Assembly: GCA_964010765.1 (NCBI GenBank)
Contig: CAXGMD010000001.1
Coordinates: 32,001 to 96,000, forward strand
DNA: 64,000 bases
Direction: 5' to 3'
Origin: an uncultured bacterium
GTDB taxonomy: Bacteria; SAR324; NAC60-12
Below the pieces are notes generated by a model, which was given only the letters and a program-made list of their open reading frames with translations, made no database searches and was not told where the DNA came from. Every line of letters starts with the position of its first letter. Positions within the stretch are counted from its first letter, which is position 1. A program made the translations under genes and the position numbers. Shown here piece by piece: positions 22,064 to 31,095 of this stretch.

Positions 22064-24103
22064 TCAGTTTAAACTCCATTGAGGAGCTAGGTAGGGGAAA
22101 GTTCTGTAATAAGAATAGGAAGAAGTAATCGGTACTTTGAAGTTCGAAAGGTTGTTAGAAAAGTAGATTGGAGCTACGGCTTTGACAGTACCAATGAAGA
22201 ATAGATCGTCCACAGTACGCTGCGCAATCTTGCGTCCCAACTCATTTGAACGAGACGAACCAGCCGGAACAGTTGTAAATTCTCTGGCGAGTTTCTGCAT
22301 TTCATAGACGGTTTGGGGAGGCTGTACGCCCTCGCTTCCACCGGTATTTAAATATTGATCCCAAAGCATTGCGTTTCGTAATCCAAAGTATCCGGAGTAA
22401 GGTGGAACTATTTCTTGAGTATCACCCAAAAACACAGCGAGGGGTTCACCTTTGTTCCATACATGAACATCCAGTTCGTTGGCAGATTGAGATGCCCGGT
22501 ACTCATCAGAAGTGACTTCTTTAATGGATGTAGTTACCCCCACATCAGACCAATTTTGTGCAATGATCTCAGTAACCTGAGCAGCAACTCCCTGTGTAGC
22601 AAACTGAATGTTCAATCGGAGTTCCTGACCGTTCGGTAAGTCGCGATCCCCGTCACCATCTTGATCCTTTACGTTTGCTGCATCCAACAGTTTTTTTGCT
22701 CCGTCCTGATCAAACGTAATATTGGCATTGCGTTGATCGCTCGTGACGAAGGCAGCTGTGTCAGCATCAAAAGCAGTGTATTGGAGAGGTGTCCCCAAAC
22801 CAAAATAGGCAATCTCATTGATCTGGTCACGATTGATGGCATGACTCATCGCCTTGCGGAAATTCAAGTCATTGAAGACCGCGCGCTTTGACTCATCTTG
22901 CGTAGTAAGATTGAACGCGAAGACTGACATCCCAATGGTTGGTCGCAACTCAACCGAGTAATTCCCTTTCTCCGCATTTTGAAGCAGCACTGGACCGGAA
23001 GGCAGATTGACTGACTGAGCCTTGTAGCTCACTTCTCCAGCAACCATTTTTGCTGTCTGAACGTCTTCGTCTCCAATGTAGACTTCATTGATTTCGTTGA
23101 TGTACGGAAGCTGGTTCCCTTGGGAATCAACCATGAAGAAGTATGGGTTGGCAACAAGCCGACGCCCGTCAAGTGTATCCTCTACAACAATGAATGATTC
23201 AAGAGTCGGAGCCACAGCTGTGAAGCCAGCTTCAACCAATTTGTTGGCTTTGGCCGCATCCTTCAGTATAGGCTGAGGGACGTCTTTCCAATCGGATTGG
23301 CCGTAGTAAAAATTGATTACTTCATAGCCATCTTTGAAACCCAATGACTGAGCCAACTGGTTTGCATCTTTGTTCATGGACGGATGGAACTTACCCAGCA
23401 GGTGAGCTGGTTGGAATGGCTGAGCAAAGTCCGTTGCGAATTGGGCGATCAAACCTGGCTTTGGTGCGTTGAGAGTAAAGCGAACTTTGGAAGCGCTGAT
23501 TGCATCCACTTTCATCGGCTTGCCATCAGAAAGGAAGCGGTCTGCAGGAGATTCAATGATGTTTTTATCCATCACCATTCCATTGTACCAGAATGCTACA
23601 TCTTCGGCAGTAAATGGTTGACCATCTGACCATTTGTGGCCCTCACGAAGAGTGAAAGTTACTTCTGTAAAATCAGCATTCCAGTCCCAACTTTTCGCAA
23701 CATTTGGAACGATTGTAGCGAGGTCATCGGAAAAGCGAACCAAATTCACATGTCGCACAGATAGTAGGTCAGAAGTTCCTGCTTCTGTGGCTTTTGAAAT
23801 TCCACTAAAAACGCCACCATGTTTACCAATTTTTTGATAGGGCGTGATCACAAGCGGTTCGCTGGGAAGCCTCTGATCAACGCTAGGCAATCCTGGATTA
23901 CCCGCAATTCGCTTATTCAGGGAAGCTGCATCAGGATTTCCTGAAAAATTCAGCTTACAGTTGTGCGCAGTTTCAAATTCCTGCAAATCATATTGATTTG
24001 GATACTTACCTTTAGCTGCATCAGCTAAAACAGTCGGACAATTGGCAGAAGCGGTGGTTGCACAGGCCGCAACAGCCAGCCCAAGCAGGATGAATTTCTT
24101 CAT
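22064..24103 (-). CDS. ABC transporter substrate-binding protein, family 5
   Basis: Signal peptide; LPSVDQRLP, LREGHKWSDGQPFTAEDV, NPYFFMVDSQGNQLPYI and FRKAMSHAINR. GAGG RBS. Confidence 0.93.
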   Translation of the reverse strand: MKKFILLGLAVAACATTASANCPTVLADAAKGKYPNQYDLQEFETAHNCKLNFSGNPDAASLNKRIAGNPGLPSVDQRLPSEPLVITPYQKIGKHGGVFSGISKATEAGTSDLLSVRHVNLVRFSDDLATIVPNVAKSWDWNADFTEVTFTLREGHKWSDGQPFTAEDVAFWYNGMVMDKNIIESPADRFLSDGKPMKVDAISASKVRFTLNAPKPGLIAQFATDFAQPFQPAHLLGKFHPSMNKDANQLAQSLGFKDGYEVINFYYGQSDWKDVPQPILKDAAKANKLVEAGFTAVAPTLESFIVVEDTLDGRRLVANPYFFMVDSQGNQLPYINEINEVYIGDEDVQTAKMVAGEVSYKAQSVNLPSGPVLLQNAEKGNYSVELRPTIGMSVFAFNLTTQDESKRAVFNDLNFRKAMSHAINRDQINEIAYFGLGTPLQYTAFDADTAAFVTSDQRNANITFDQDGAKKLLDAANVKDQDGDGDRDLPNGQELRLNIQFATQGVAAQVTEIIAQNWSDVGVTTSIKEVTSDEYRASQSANELDVHVWNKGEPLAVFLGDTQEIVPPYSGYFGLRNAMLWDQYLNTGGSEGVQPPQTVYEMQKLAREFTTVPAGSSRSNELGRKIAQRTVDDLFFIGTVKAVAPIYFSNNLSNFKVPITSSYSYYRTFPYLAPQWSLN

Positions 24104-24341
24104 TGGGTGACCTCTCGGAAGGTTAGTGTTGTTGGGGTGTAAGCCTGGCCTCGGAAATAAAGGGACATTCCAAGTGGCGAATTAGTTACAGAGTATAATT
24201 CAGGAACAGTCAAGTATTGAGTGCAATTAAGTGTTCGACCTAATTCTACCTTAATATTTTCAAGAAAAAAATCAGCCGAAAACGACTTCTTAAAGTTTTT
24301 TTACAGTGATAAATGAAGTAAAATTTTGAGAAAAAAATTTT

Positions 24342-24358
24342 AACTGATTAGGTCAGTT
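24342..24358. promoter_or_regulatory. Inverted repeat AACTGA-N5-TCAGTT in the divergent promoter region (candidate operator)
   Basis: Perfect 6-bp arms, 25 nt upstream of the ATG at 24384, flanked by A/T tracts. Confidence 0.3.
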
Positions 24359-24383
24359 TTTTTACTCTCTTGGCCAAAGGCCG

Positions 24384-25511
24384 ATGAAGCAATTGAATAA
24401 AACAGACGTTGCGGTTGTTGGTGGGGGTATCATGGGTTTAGCCTTTGCCCTAGAAGCTATACGACGACAAAAAAAAGTTACTGTATTTGAAAGAAATCCA
24501 AGTGCTAGAGGAGCCTCTGTTCGAAATTTTGGGATGATCTATCCCCTAGGCATGAGACCAGGAAAAATCTTTGAAAGAGCACTGCGAACTCGCAATCTTT
24601 GGTTGGAGTTGGGCCAAAGCGCGAAGTTTTGGTTCAATCCCTGTGGTTCTTTATTGGTGGCTCGTTCCAAAGAGGAAATTGTAGTTTTGGAGGAATTCGT
24701 TTCTTCAAGACAAGACATCAAGGGGCTGCGTCTGCTGACTCTTAAAGAGGCTCTGAAGAAAAGTCCTGGTTTGGTTCAGGATGGGTTACTTGGTGCTCTT
24801 TGGAGTGAATCAGAAATCTGTGTTGATCCCCAGGATGCAATCCAAAAGATTTCTCTTTGGCTCGAGAATTGTGGTGTCAATTTCAAAAATTCAACGACAG
24901 TGACAGTTGTTGAATCTGGTCAACTGATTGCGAATGGAGAACAGTGGTACGCTGAACAGATCATTATCTGTTCAGGGTCAGATCTACAAACACTCTTTCC
25001 TAATGAATTTCGTAATAGCGGGTTGGTAAATTGCCAACTACAAATGTTTCGTACGAATGCACAGCCTTGTAGTTGGCTCTTAGGCCCTATGTTGGCCTCA
25101 GGATTGTCCCTACTGCATTATCCAGCTTTTACTGCTTTAAAGTCTTACCAAACGTTGAAGGATCGTTTAACCAAGGAACATCCAAAATTGCTGGAACTTG
25201 GAATCCATGTTTTGGTTTCTCAACACAGTCATGGAAGAATCACAGTTGGTGACTCCCATGAATATGGAGACACCCCAGCCATCTTTTATCAAAAAGAAAT
25301 TGAGGGCCTAATTAGGAACTATCTTAGCAGTTTTCTAACTTTGCCCGATGCACAGGTTTCAGAACGCTGGTTGGGCAATTATGTTAGCCACCCCTCTGGA
25401 GAACCCTGGATTTATAAGCCAACTGATGGAGTAATGCTTGTCAATGGGATTGGGGGAGTCGGTATGACAACCGGTTTTGGTCTCGCACAAGAAATTTTGC
25501 CAGAATGTTAA
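24384..25511 (+). CDS. FAD-dependent oxidoreductase, TIGR03364 (HpnW-proposed, aminophosphonate-associated) family
   Basis: Motifs VVGGGIMG, GASVRNFG, GxSLLHYxAF, VGDSHEYG and GIGGVGMT. Confidence 0.8.
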   Translation: MKQLNKTDVAVVGGGIMGLAFALEAIRRQKKVTVFERNPSARGASVRNFGMIYPLGMRPGKIFERALRTRNLWLELGQSAKFWFNPCGSLLVARSKEEIVVLEEFVSSRQDIKGLRLLTLKEALKKSPGLVQDGLLGALWSESEICVDPQDAIQKISLWLENCGVNFKNSTTVTVVESGQLIANGEQWYAEQIIICSGSDLQTLFPNEFRNSGLVNCQLQMFRTNAQPCSWLLGPMLASGLSLLHYPAFTALKSYQTLKDRLTKEHPKLLELGIHVLVSQHSHGRITVGDSHEYGDTPAIFYQKEIEGLIRNYLSSFLTLPDAQVSERWLGNYVSHPSGEPWIYKPTDGVMLVNGIGGVGMTTGFGLAQEILPEC

Positions 25512-25607
25512 TTCAAATTTGCTTCACCTTGAACTTGTTGGGATCTCCAGAGAAAATTTTCTGAACACAATCAACCTCCTTTTGTAAATCATCTTGGTTT
25601 GACTGAA

Positions 25608-26891
25608 ATGAAAGTAGCCATCTACAACAACCTCACAGACTTTCAACAAGCGACACCTCCAGAATTTTCTGACGAAATCAGTAATAGCGTTCGTGAAATT
25701 ATTGGCCAGGTGAGGGCTCAGGGTGACAAAGCTCTGAAAGATTTGACTAGCCGGTTCGATGGTGTCTCGCTGGATCAAATTCCTGTACCAACTGAATATC
25801 TAAAAGGCTGTCTAGAAAAAATGGATAAGCATCTTCGTTCGGTCTTAGAAGAGGCTGCAGATAATATTCGTCGTTTTCACCAAAGACAAAAGCAGCAGAG
25901 TCAGATGGAATTTGAGCCAGACGGGACTCTGCTAGGTTGGAAGGTCACTCCTGTTGATGCCGCAGGTGTTTATGTGCCGGGTGGGAGAGCGGTCTATCCT
26001 TCAACACTGCTAATGAACGTTATCCCGGCTCAGGTTGCTGGAGTGCCCAGACTGGTCATGGTGTCTCCTCCAAATCGAGAAACGGGCTTTCCCCATCATT
26101 TGGTTTGTGGGGCAGCCGCCTTGGTGGGCGTAGAGGAAATCTATGCAGTTGGCGGAGCACAATCTGTTGCTGCGCTTGCCTACGGTACAGAGTCCATCTC
26201 AAAAGTTGTCAAAATAACTGGACCTGGAAACGCATACGTTGCCGAGGCAAAAAGACAGGTATACGGTCTTGTAGGGATCGATTCGATTGCCGGCCCTAGC
26301 GAAATCATGGTGGTCTGTGACCGAGAGGACATTCCAGTAGAATTCTTGGTGAGAGATCTACTCTCCCAAGCTGAACACGATCCAGATGCAGGTGCGGTAC
26401 TGGTCACAACATCTCGAAGCCAAGCAGAGGCAGTTGCAAAAAGATTGGAAGAATTGATCCCATCCTTACCCAGAAAGGAAATTCTCGAAGAATCATTCCG
26501 ACAAAGATCCGGGATCATTGTGGCTAAAAATCTAGAGGAGATCTTTGACGCTATCAACGAGATTGCTCCCGAACATTTAGAAGTGCTGACTCAAAACCCT
26601 ATGGAGGATTTACATCGTATTCGTAACGCAGGGGCAATTTTCTTGGGTCCTCACACTCCTGAACCTGTGGGTGATTATTTTGCTGGACCGAACCATACGC
26701 TTCCTACTTCCGGTGCTGCCCGCTTTGCGTCGCCTCTTGGTGTCTCAGATTTTGTAAAAACGAGTTCAATCCTCTCTTATTCCAAGACAAAGCTCCAACA
26801 ACAAGGTCCCTCTGTAATGCGATTTGCTCAAGAAGAAGAGTTATTTGCACATGCAGAAGCTATCCGGGTTCGTTTGGAAAGTAGTTTTTGA
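25608..26891 (+). CDS. hisD: Histidinol dehydrogenase
   Basis: Motifs YVPGG, GPGNAYV, DSIAGPSE, QAEHD, APEHLE and GPNHTLPT. Start taken as the ATG at 25608. Confidence 0.96.
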   Translation: MKVAIYNNLTDFQQATPPEFSDEISNSVREIIGQVRAQGDKALKDLTSRFDGVSLDQIPVPTEYLKGCLEKMDKHLRSVLEEAADNIRRFHQRQKQQSQMEFEPDGTLLGWKVTPVDAAGVYVPGGRAVYPSTLLMNVIPAQVAGVPRLVMVSPPNRETGFPHHLVCGAAALVGVEEIYAVGGAQSVAALAYGTESISKVVKITGPGNAYVAEAKRQVYGLVGIDSIAGPSEIMVVCDREDIPVEFLVRDLLSQAEHDPDAGAVLVTTSRSQAEAVAKRLEELIPSLPRKEILEESFRQRSGIIVAKNLEEIFDAINEIAPEHLEVLTQNPMEDLHRIRNAGAIFLGPHTPEPVGDYFAGPNHTLPTSGAARFASPLGVSDFVKTSSILSYSKTKLQQQGPSVMRFAQEEELFAHAEAIRVRLESSF

Positions 26892-27137
26892 TGTGAATCC
26901 TTCCAGAATTTTTTCATCTCAATCCAATCTGCTCTCTTTTCTCTTCTTCTCAGCCTCCTCTCTGCGTAGGTTATTCTGGATCATTTGATTTTCTTACTTA
27001 GAACGTATTATTTTAGTAAAATTATTCTGTAATAATTGTAAAATACAGAAATTTATGTAAGGTCTATTATAACTTAAGAAAGTAGATAGTTTTTATTTAA
27101 GTCAAATATTATATAAGAATCTTACAAAAAAATTTAC

Positions 27138-27884
27138 GTGGAAAGAAAAAAATTATTACTGCTTGAAGAGAGTTCAGAGACAGCAAAAAAATTGATGCCT
27201 TCTCTGAATACCAAATTTGAAGTGACTTGGGTTAGTGGTGGACTTGATGCGATGTTGCTATTCGGGTATCAAAACTACCAAGTCTTGATTCTCGAGACAA
27301 ATCTGCCTGATACTGATGGTTTGCAGGTGATTCGTACCATCCGAAAGTATGGATTTACGTTACCAATAATTATATTGAGCGAACGAGAAACTGCTCAGGA
27401 CAGGATAGTTGGTCTGCAAGCTGGTGCTGATGACTACCTTACTAAACCGGTTTCTTTGCAAGAGTTGATGTTGCGGCTGGAAATTCTTATAAGGAGAATA
27501 GGACTCTCAGAAGAATCTGCAAAGGGTTGCGTGCTTAGAGAAATAAACTTTCCTTCATCAGAGTTGCGTGTTGGTGATGTGATAATTCATCGTACAAATC
27601 GAACAGTGAAGCGAGCCGGATCCTCCATTGAATTAAGGAAAAAAGAATTCGAACTTCTAGAATTGTTAATGGAGCATCCTAATGAGGTGATGAGTAAGCA
27701 ACGAATTATGGACACACTTTGGGGACATGGACTGGATGCAAATGAATCGAGAGTCATTGACAATCACTTGTGCCGATTACGAGCGAAACTTGATAAAGGA
27801 TATGAGAAGAAGTATATCAGCACCAAGCGAGGAGCGGGCTATACGTTTGTAAATCAAGAAGATGAGAAAAGAGTTATTATGTAA
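27138..27884 (+). CDS. OmpR/PhoB-family response regulator with an atypical receiver domain
   Basis: GADDYLTKP, KEFELL and RGAGY (winged helix). The phosphoacceptor position reads ILETNLP (Glu53). Confidence 0.9.
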   Translation: MERKKLLLLEESSETAKKLMPSLNTKFEVTWVSGGLDAMLLFGYQNYQVLILETNLPDTDGLQVIRTIRKYGFTLPIIILSERETAQDRIVGLQAGADDYLTKPVSLQELMLRLEILIRRIGLSEESAKGCVLREINFPSSELRVGDVIIHRTNRTVKRAGSSIELRKKEFELLELLMEHPNEVMSKQRIMDTLWGHGLDANESRVIDNHLCRLRAKLDKGYEKKYISTKRGAGYTFVNQEDEKRVIM

Positions 27885-27958
27885 AAAATTGATTAAATAA
27901 AAAATAAATTTTTAAAAATTTTTCTGAAATTTTGATTTCAAAAGTCCACTAAGATTAC

Positions 27959-29197
27959 TCAGAGTGTTCTTTGATATGTAACATTTCCACCATCCCAAAA
28001 ATCATTGGCAAAGTTATCTAGATTCCAAGTACTCGTAAACATCAAAGCACCTCCACCCACATAATCATTTCGGACTTCCCAACTAATTCGTAATTTGCCT
28101 TCGGGTCCTCTATCCTCTTCTTTCGAAAAATCATTTAAGTTGATGATCGATTTATCTACCTGACCCAAGTAAATTCCAGTTTCCCAAGCGGTTTCATTGC
28201 CCAGGAGTTGACGCATAGAACCAAACCATTGATAGGAATAAATAGTATTCTCTTCGCTTTCGTTTACTGCATTTAGCTGAAGTAAATGATGCCGAAACAT
28301 GTCGTATCGTAAACCGGCATTCAAATACCAATCTTGAGCTAGAGGACCATCAGCTTGCAGTATTTGTTGCGACCAACTTGCCTCCTGATAGCGATGATCA
28401 GATGGATCAGGAGAAATAGTCACTTCTCGATATTTTTCAGAACGAAATTTTTTCCATTGCCATCCGAGTGTCCAATCAGGATTCCACTGATGCTCAATAA
28501 GTAGTTGTTGCTGTGTCTCTTCATGTGAGAAATTCAGGGCTAGGGTTGGATCCAGTAATTTCATGGGTAGTGATTCAGTCCATTTAAATCCAAATTCCCA
28601 ATCATCCCCAAGCCAAGTGCCTTCAACTTGGTTTTCAATTGGATGGGGGTCTTGAGTTGATTGATCATAAAGATTTTTCTCGTTATAAAATAAGTTTTGT
28701 CGCAGTTGATGTAGTCTAAGGAAGCTCTCCTGACGGTCTCCAAGGGTGATGAAGGCCCCGTAGTCTGCATTTCGTTTGTCAAATTGAGGTTGCCCGGCAA
28801 TTCCAAGTGTGACTTTAGAACTCGCCTGCCAGCCCACCTCGATTTCAAAATTTAGTGGTTTTCTCTCATAAAACTCTTCATGGTCCATTCTGACACTAGC
28901 GCTGAATCCTCGACTCAGTTGTTCAATTAATTTCAACTGGAATTTCAAAAAGAGTAGGTCCAGTCCAAGGCTACCCCCAGTCATACGCCAACCTTGTTCA
29001 GCTCGACGCCATTTTCGATCTTGTGCTGCACTAAATAAATATGACTGGATGTCGAGAAAATTTTCTCGATTTAAGTGAAAGGCATCTACATTTGTAGCTC
29101 CATCGAAAGCATGTAGATCTTTGGAAATGCCACTCAAGAAAATTAGGAGAAAAAAAGAGAGGAGAAGCTGGCTTGGATTGGTTCGTCGAATTTCCAT
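27959..29197 (-). CDS. Hypothetical exported protein, possibly an outer-membrane beta-barrel
   Basis: Signal peptide ending LHA; aromatic-rich alternating beta-strand segments. Confidence 0.6.
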   Translation of the reverse strand: MEIRRTNPSQLLLSFFLLIFLSGISKDLHAFDGATNVDAFHLNRENFLDIQSYLFSAAQDRKWRRAEQGWRMTGGSLGLDLLFLKFQLKLIEQLSRGFSASVRMDHEEFYERKPLNFEIEVGWQASSKVTLGIAGQPQFDKRNADYGAFITLGDRQESFLRLHQLRQNLFYNEKNLYDQSTQDPHPIENQVEGTWLGDDWEFGFKWTESLPMKLLDPTLALNFSHEETQQQLLIEHQWNPDWTLGWQWKKFRSEKYREVTISPDPSDHRYQEASWSQQILQADGPLAQDWYLNAGLRYDMFRHHLLQLNAVNESEENTIYSYQWFGSMRQLLGNETAWETGIYLGQVDKSIINLNDFSKEEDRGPEGKLRISWEVRNDYVGGGALMFTSTWNLDNFANDFWDGGNVTYQRTL

Positions 29198-29203
29198 GGG
29201 TAC

Positions 29204-29596
29204 CTAAACCAGATAGAGTGATAGGGCTGCAAAAAATCCGATGGACCAGAACAGTGAACGTAGCAAGTCTTTGTTTGTTACATAGGCCCATCCGTAGAAA
29301 AAGCGAGCCACAACATGCAAGGCTGCCAATGAGTTTATCCATAAAAAATGACTTGGCTCGCCCCACAAATGGGCGACGATGACACCACATGCAAAAAACG
29401 GATAGGACTCAAAGGAATTGTCTTGAGCGGCATAGGCTCTCCTGCGGTATCCAGTCAGTGAAGCGCGAAATGTTCTGGGCTCACGATTCTCATGGCGACT
29501 GTAAACTCCATATTTTGCAACACCGGTGAGGACAAAAGGCAAAATGCCCGCAATGATCAGAAAATAATAAGAATAATCCGTTGACGAGAAATCCAT
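29204..29596 (-). CDS. MAPEG family membrane protein
   Basis: RRAYAAQDNSFE and VARFFY; four TM segments. Confidence 0.85.
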   Translation of the reverse strand: MDFSSTDYSYYFLIIAGILPFVLTGVAKYGVYSRHENREPRTFRASLTGYRRRAYAAQDNSFESYPFFACGVIVAHLWGEPSHFLWINSLAALHVVARFFYGWAYVTNKDLLRSLFWSIGFFAALSLYLV

Positions 29597-29611
29597 TAGA
29601 ATTACAAACAA

Positions 29612-30619
29612 TTGAATTGGTTAAAAAATGAAGAAAGTGGAGCAATACATGGAGCAGCTGTGGCCGATGCAGCAAGCCGCCCTCTTCACTGGATTTATGA
29701 TCGTGAGAAGATGGAATCACTCTTAAAAAAAGTATTTCAGCCAGAGTTTTGGCCAACCAGTGAATCCCCATTCTACACACTTCCAACTGGTGCGCACAGC
29801 TCTTACTTTGATACCACAGTCGTGATGCTCAGAGCCCTTGGAGAGAACGGTGGTAATTTTAATCCTTCCATTTTCTTGAAAAAAGCCGAGGAACATTTTG
29901 GATTGAATTCCGCTTACGAAGACTCATTTCAAGACTGAAAGAAGCGGTATGCTGACGCGAAAAGGGATGAAAAAACACCTGGACCAATTAATGGGCCTTG
30001 GCGGAATGGTTTGATGACCAAAATGTTGGAGAATCACCGATTAACGGGTCAGATCCCTTTGGGACCTGAAGACGCCTCTGAGTTGGATGCCTTCTGCGCA
30101 GCATTCCCTGTTTTGTTGATTGAATCCAGCGAAGAATCTTTGGAAAAATCAAACTCAGCTTTGAAGCTGCTAGCTAATAGCGAAACCTGTAGCGACCATG
30201 CTTTGGTGACAGGAACACTGCTGAAATGGGCGATTGATGCTGAATCTGAGCCTGTCAACAAACTTTTGACTGATTATCCAAAGCTGTTTTCGCAAAAGGT
30301 GAAAGAGGAAATCGAATTGATCGTTGAGAATCTTGATGAAGACAATACAGATTTTGTTGAGCGAATTGGCAAAGCGTGTCCTTTTCCTGGGACCTTCCAA
30401 GGAGCAATGCACGCTGTTTTGAAAGGTGAATCTTTCATTGAATCCGTCAGGATGACTATCCGAGCGGGAGGATGTAATTGTTCAAGAGCTATTCAGGTTG
30501 GGGCAATCTGTGGTGCTTTGTCAGGGGAAGAGGCCATACCGCAAGATCGGATACAGCAGACCCATTCCTCCAGTGAGTTAAAACATCTTCTGAATGATTT
30601 GTTGGCCAGTAAAGATTGA
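29612..30619 (+). pseudogene. ADP-ribosylglycohydrolase family gene (J1-crystallin/SelJ-like) interrupted by an in-frame TGA at 29936-29938
   Basis: GAAVADAASRPLHWIYD, PFY, GPWR, ACPFPG and AGGCNCSRA all lie in one frame. The ORFs 29612-29938 and 30011-30619 share that frame with a single stop between them. Confidence 0.75.
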
Positions 30620-30621
30620 GG

Positions 30622-30699
30622 ATGATGCAAAAATTTGGTTCCTTACCCTTCTTGCTTTTAACGATACTGGTTTTGGTATCCTACATTTTGTTTCGATAG
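30622..30699 (+). CDS. Possible 25-aa single-TM small protein
   Basis: Translates as MMQKFGSLPFLLLTILVLVSYILFR*, starting 2 nt after the upstream stop. Confidence 0.3.
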   Translation: MMQKFGSLPFLLLTILVLVSYILFR

Positions 30700-31095
30700 G
30701 CAGATCATCCGCTTACTGGGTGTTGTTACAGCTTTTCAACACTTGGAGTCTCTATTTGATTCAGGTCGACAAGCTATTAATTGCTTCAAAAATTCAAAGT
30801 GATTCCAAAAAATTGGGGTGAATTTAGTTGATTAATCAAAAATCATCTCTGTTATCCTTTGCTTGCAAAATCTAAGGAAGCAATTATTGTTTCAAAGGTT
30901 CCTGTCCGTCAGAGTTACGATAGTTCCGATAAGCACATCTCCCAGCTTGGAAAATCACCAAGTTTCTACTAAATTGCTCAGCATTCAGGAAGGTTACAAA
31001 ATTTTTTATTGGACTGATTTTAGCATTCCAACGTAAACAAATTTTTTTGAACCATATCAATTAAAAAGTTCCTGAAAAACTGAATAAGGACTGTA

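Noticed and set aside
29936..29985. Bacterial SECIS element after the in-frame UGA
   Set aside because: Only a 3-4 bp stem starting 4 nt after the UGA; too weak and too close to call.
30594..30821. 75-aa ORF after the ADP-ribosylglycohydrolase gene
   Set aside because: It overlaps the upstream gene and has no RBS or recognisable features.
31009..31025. GG-N10-GC (TTGGACTGATTTTAGCA) upstream of the fliN-like gene as a sigma54 promoter
   Set aside because: The spacing is right, but both half-sites deviate from TGGCAC/TTGC, so it could be chance.
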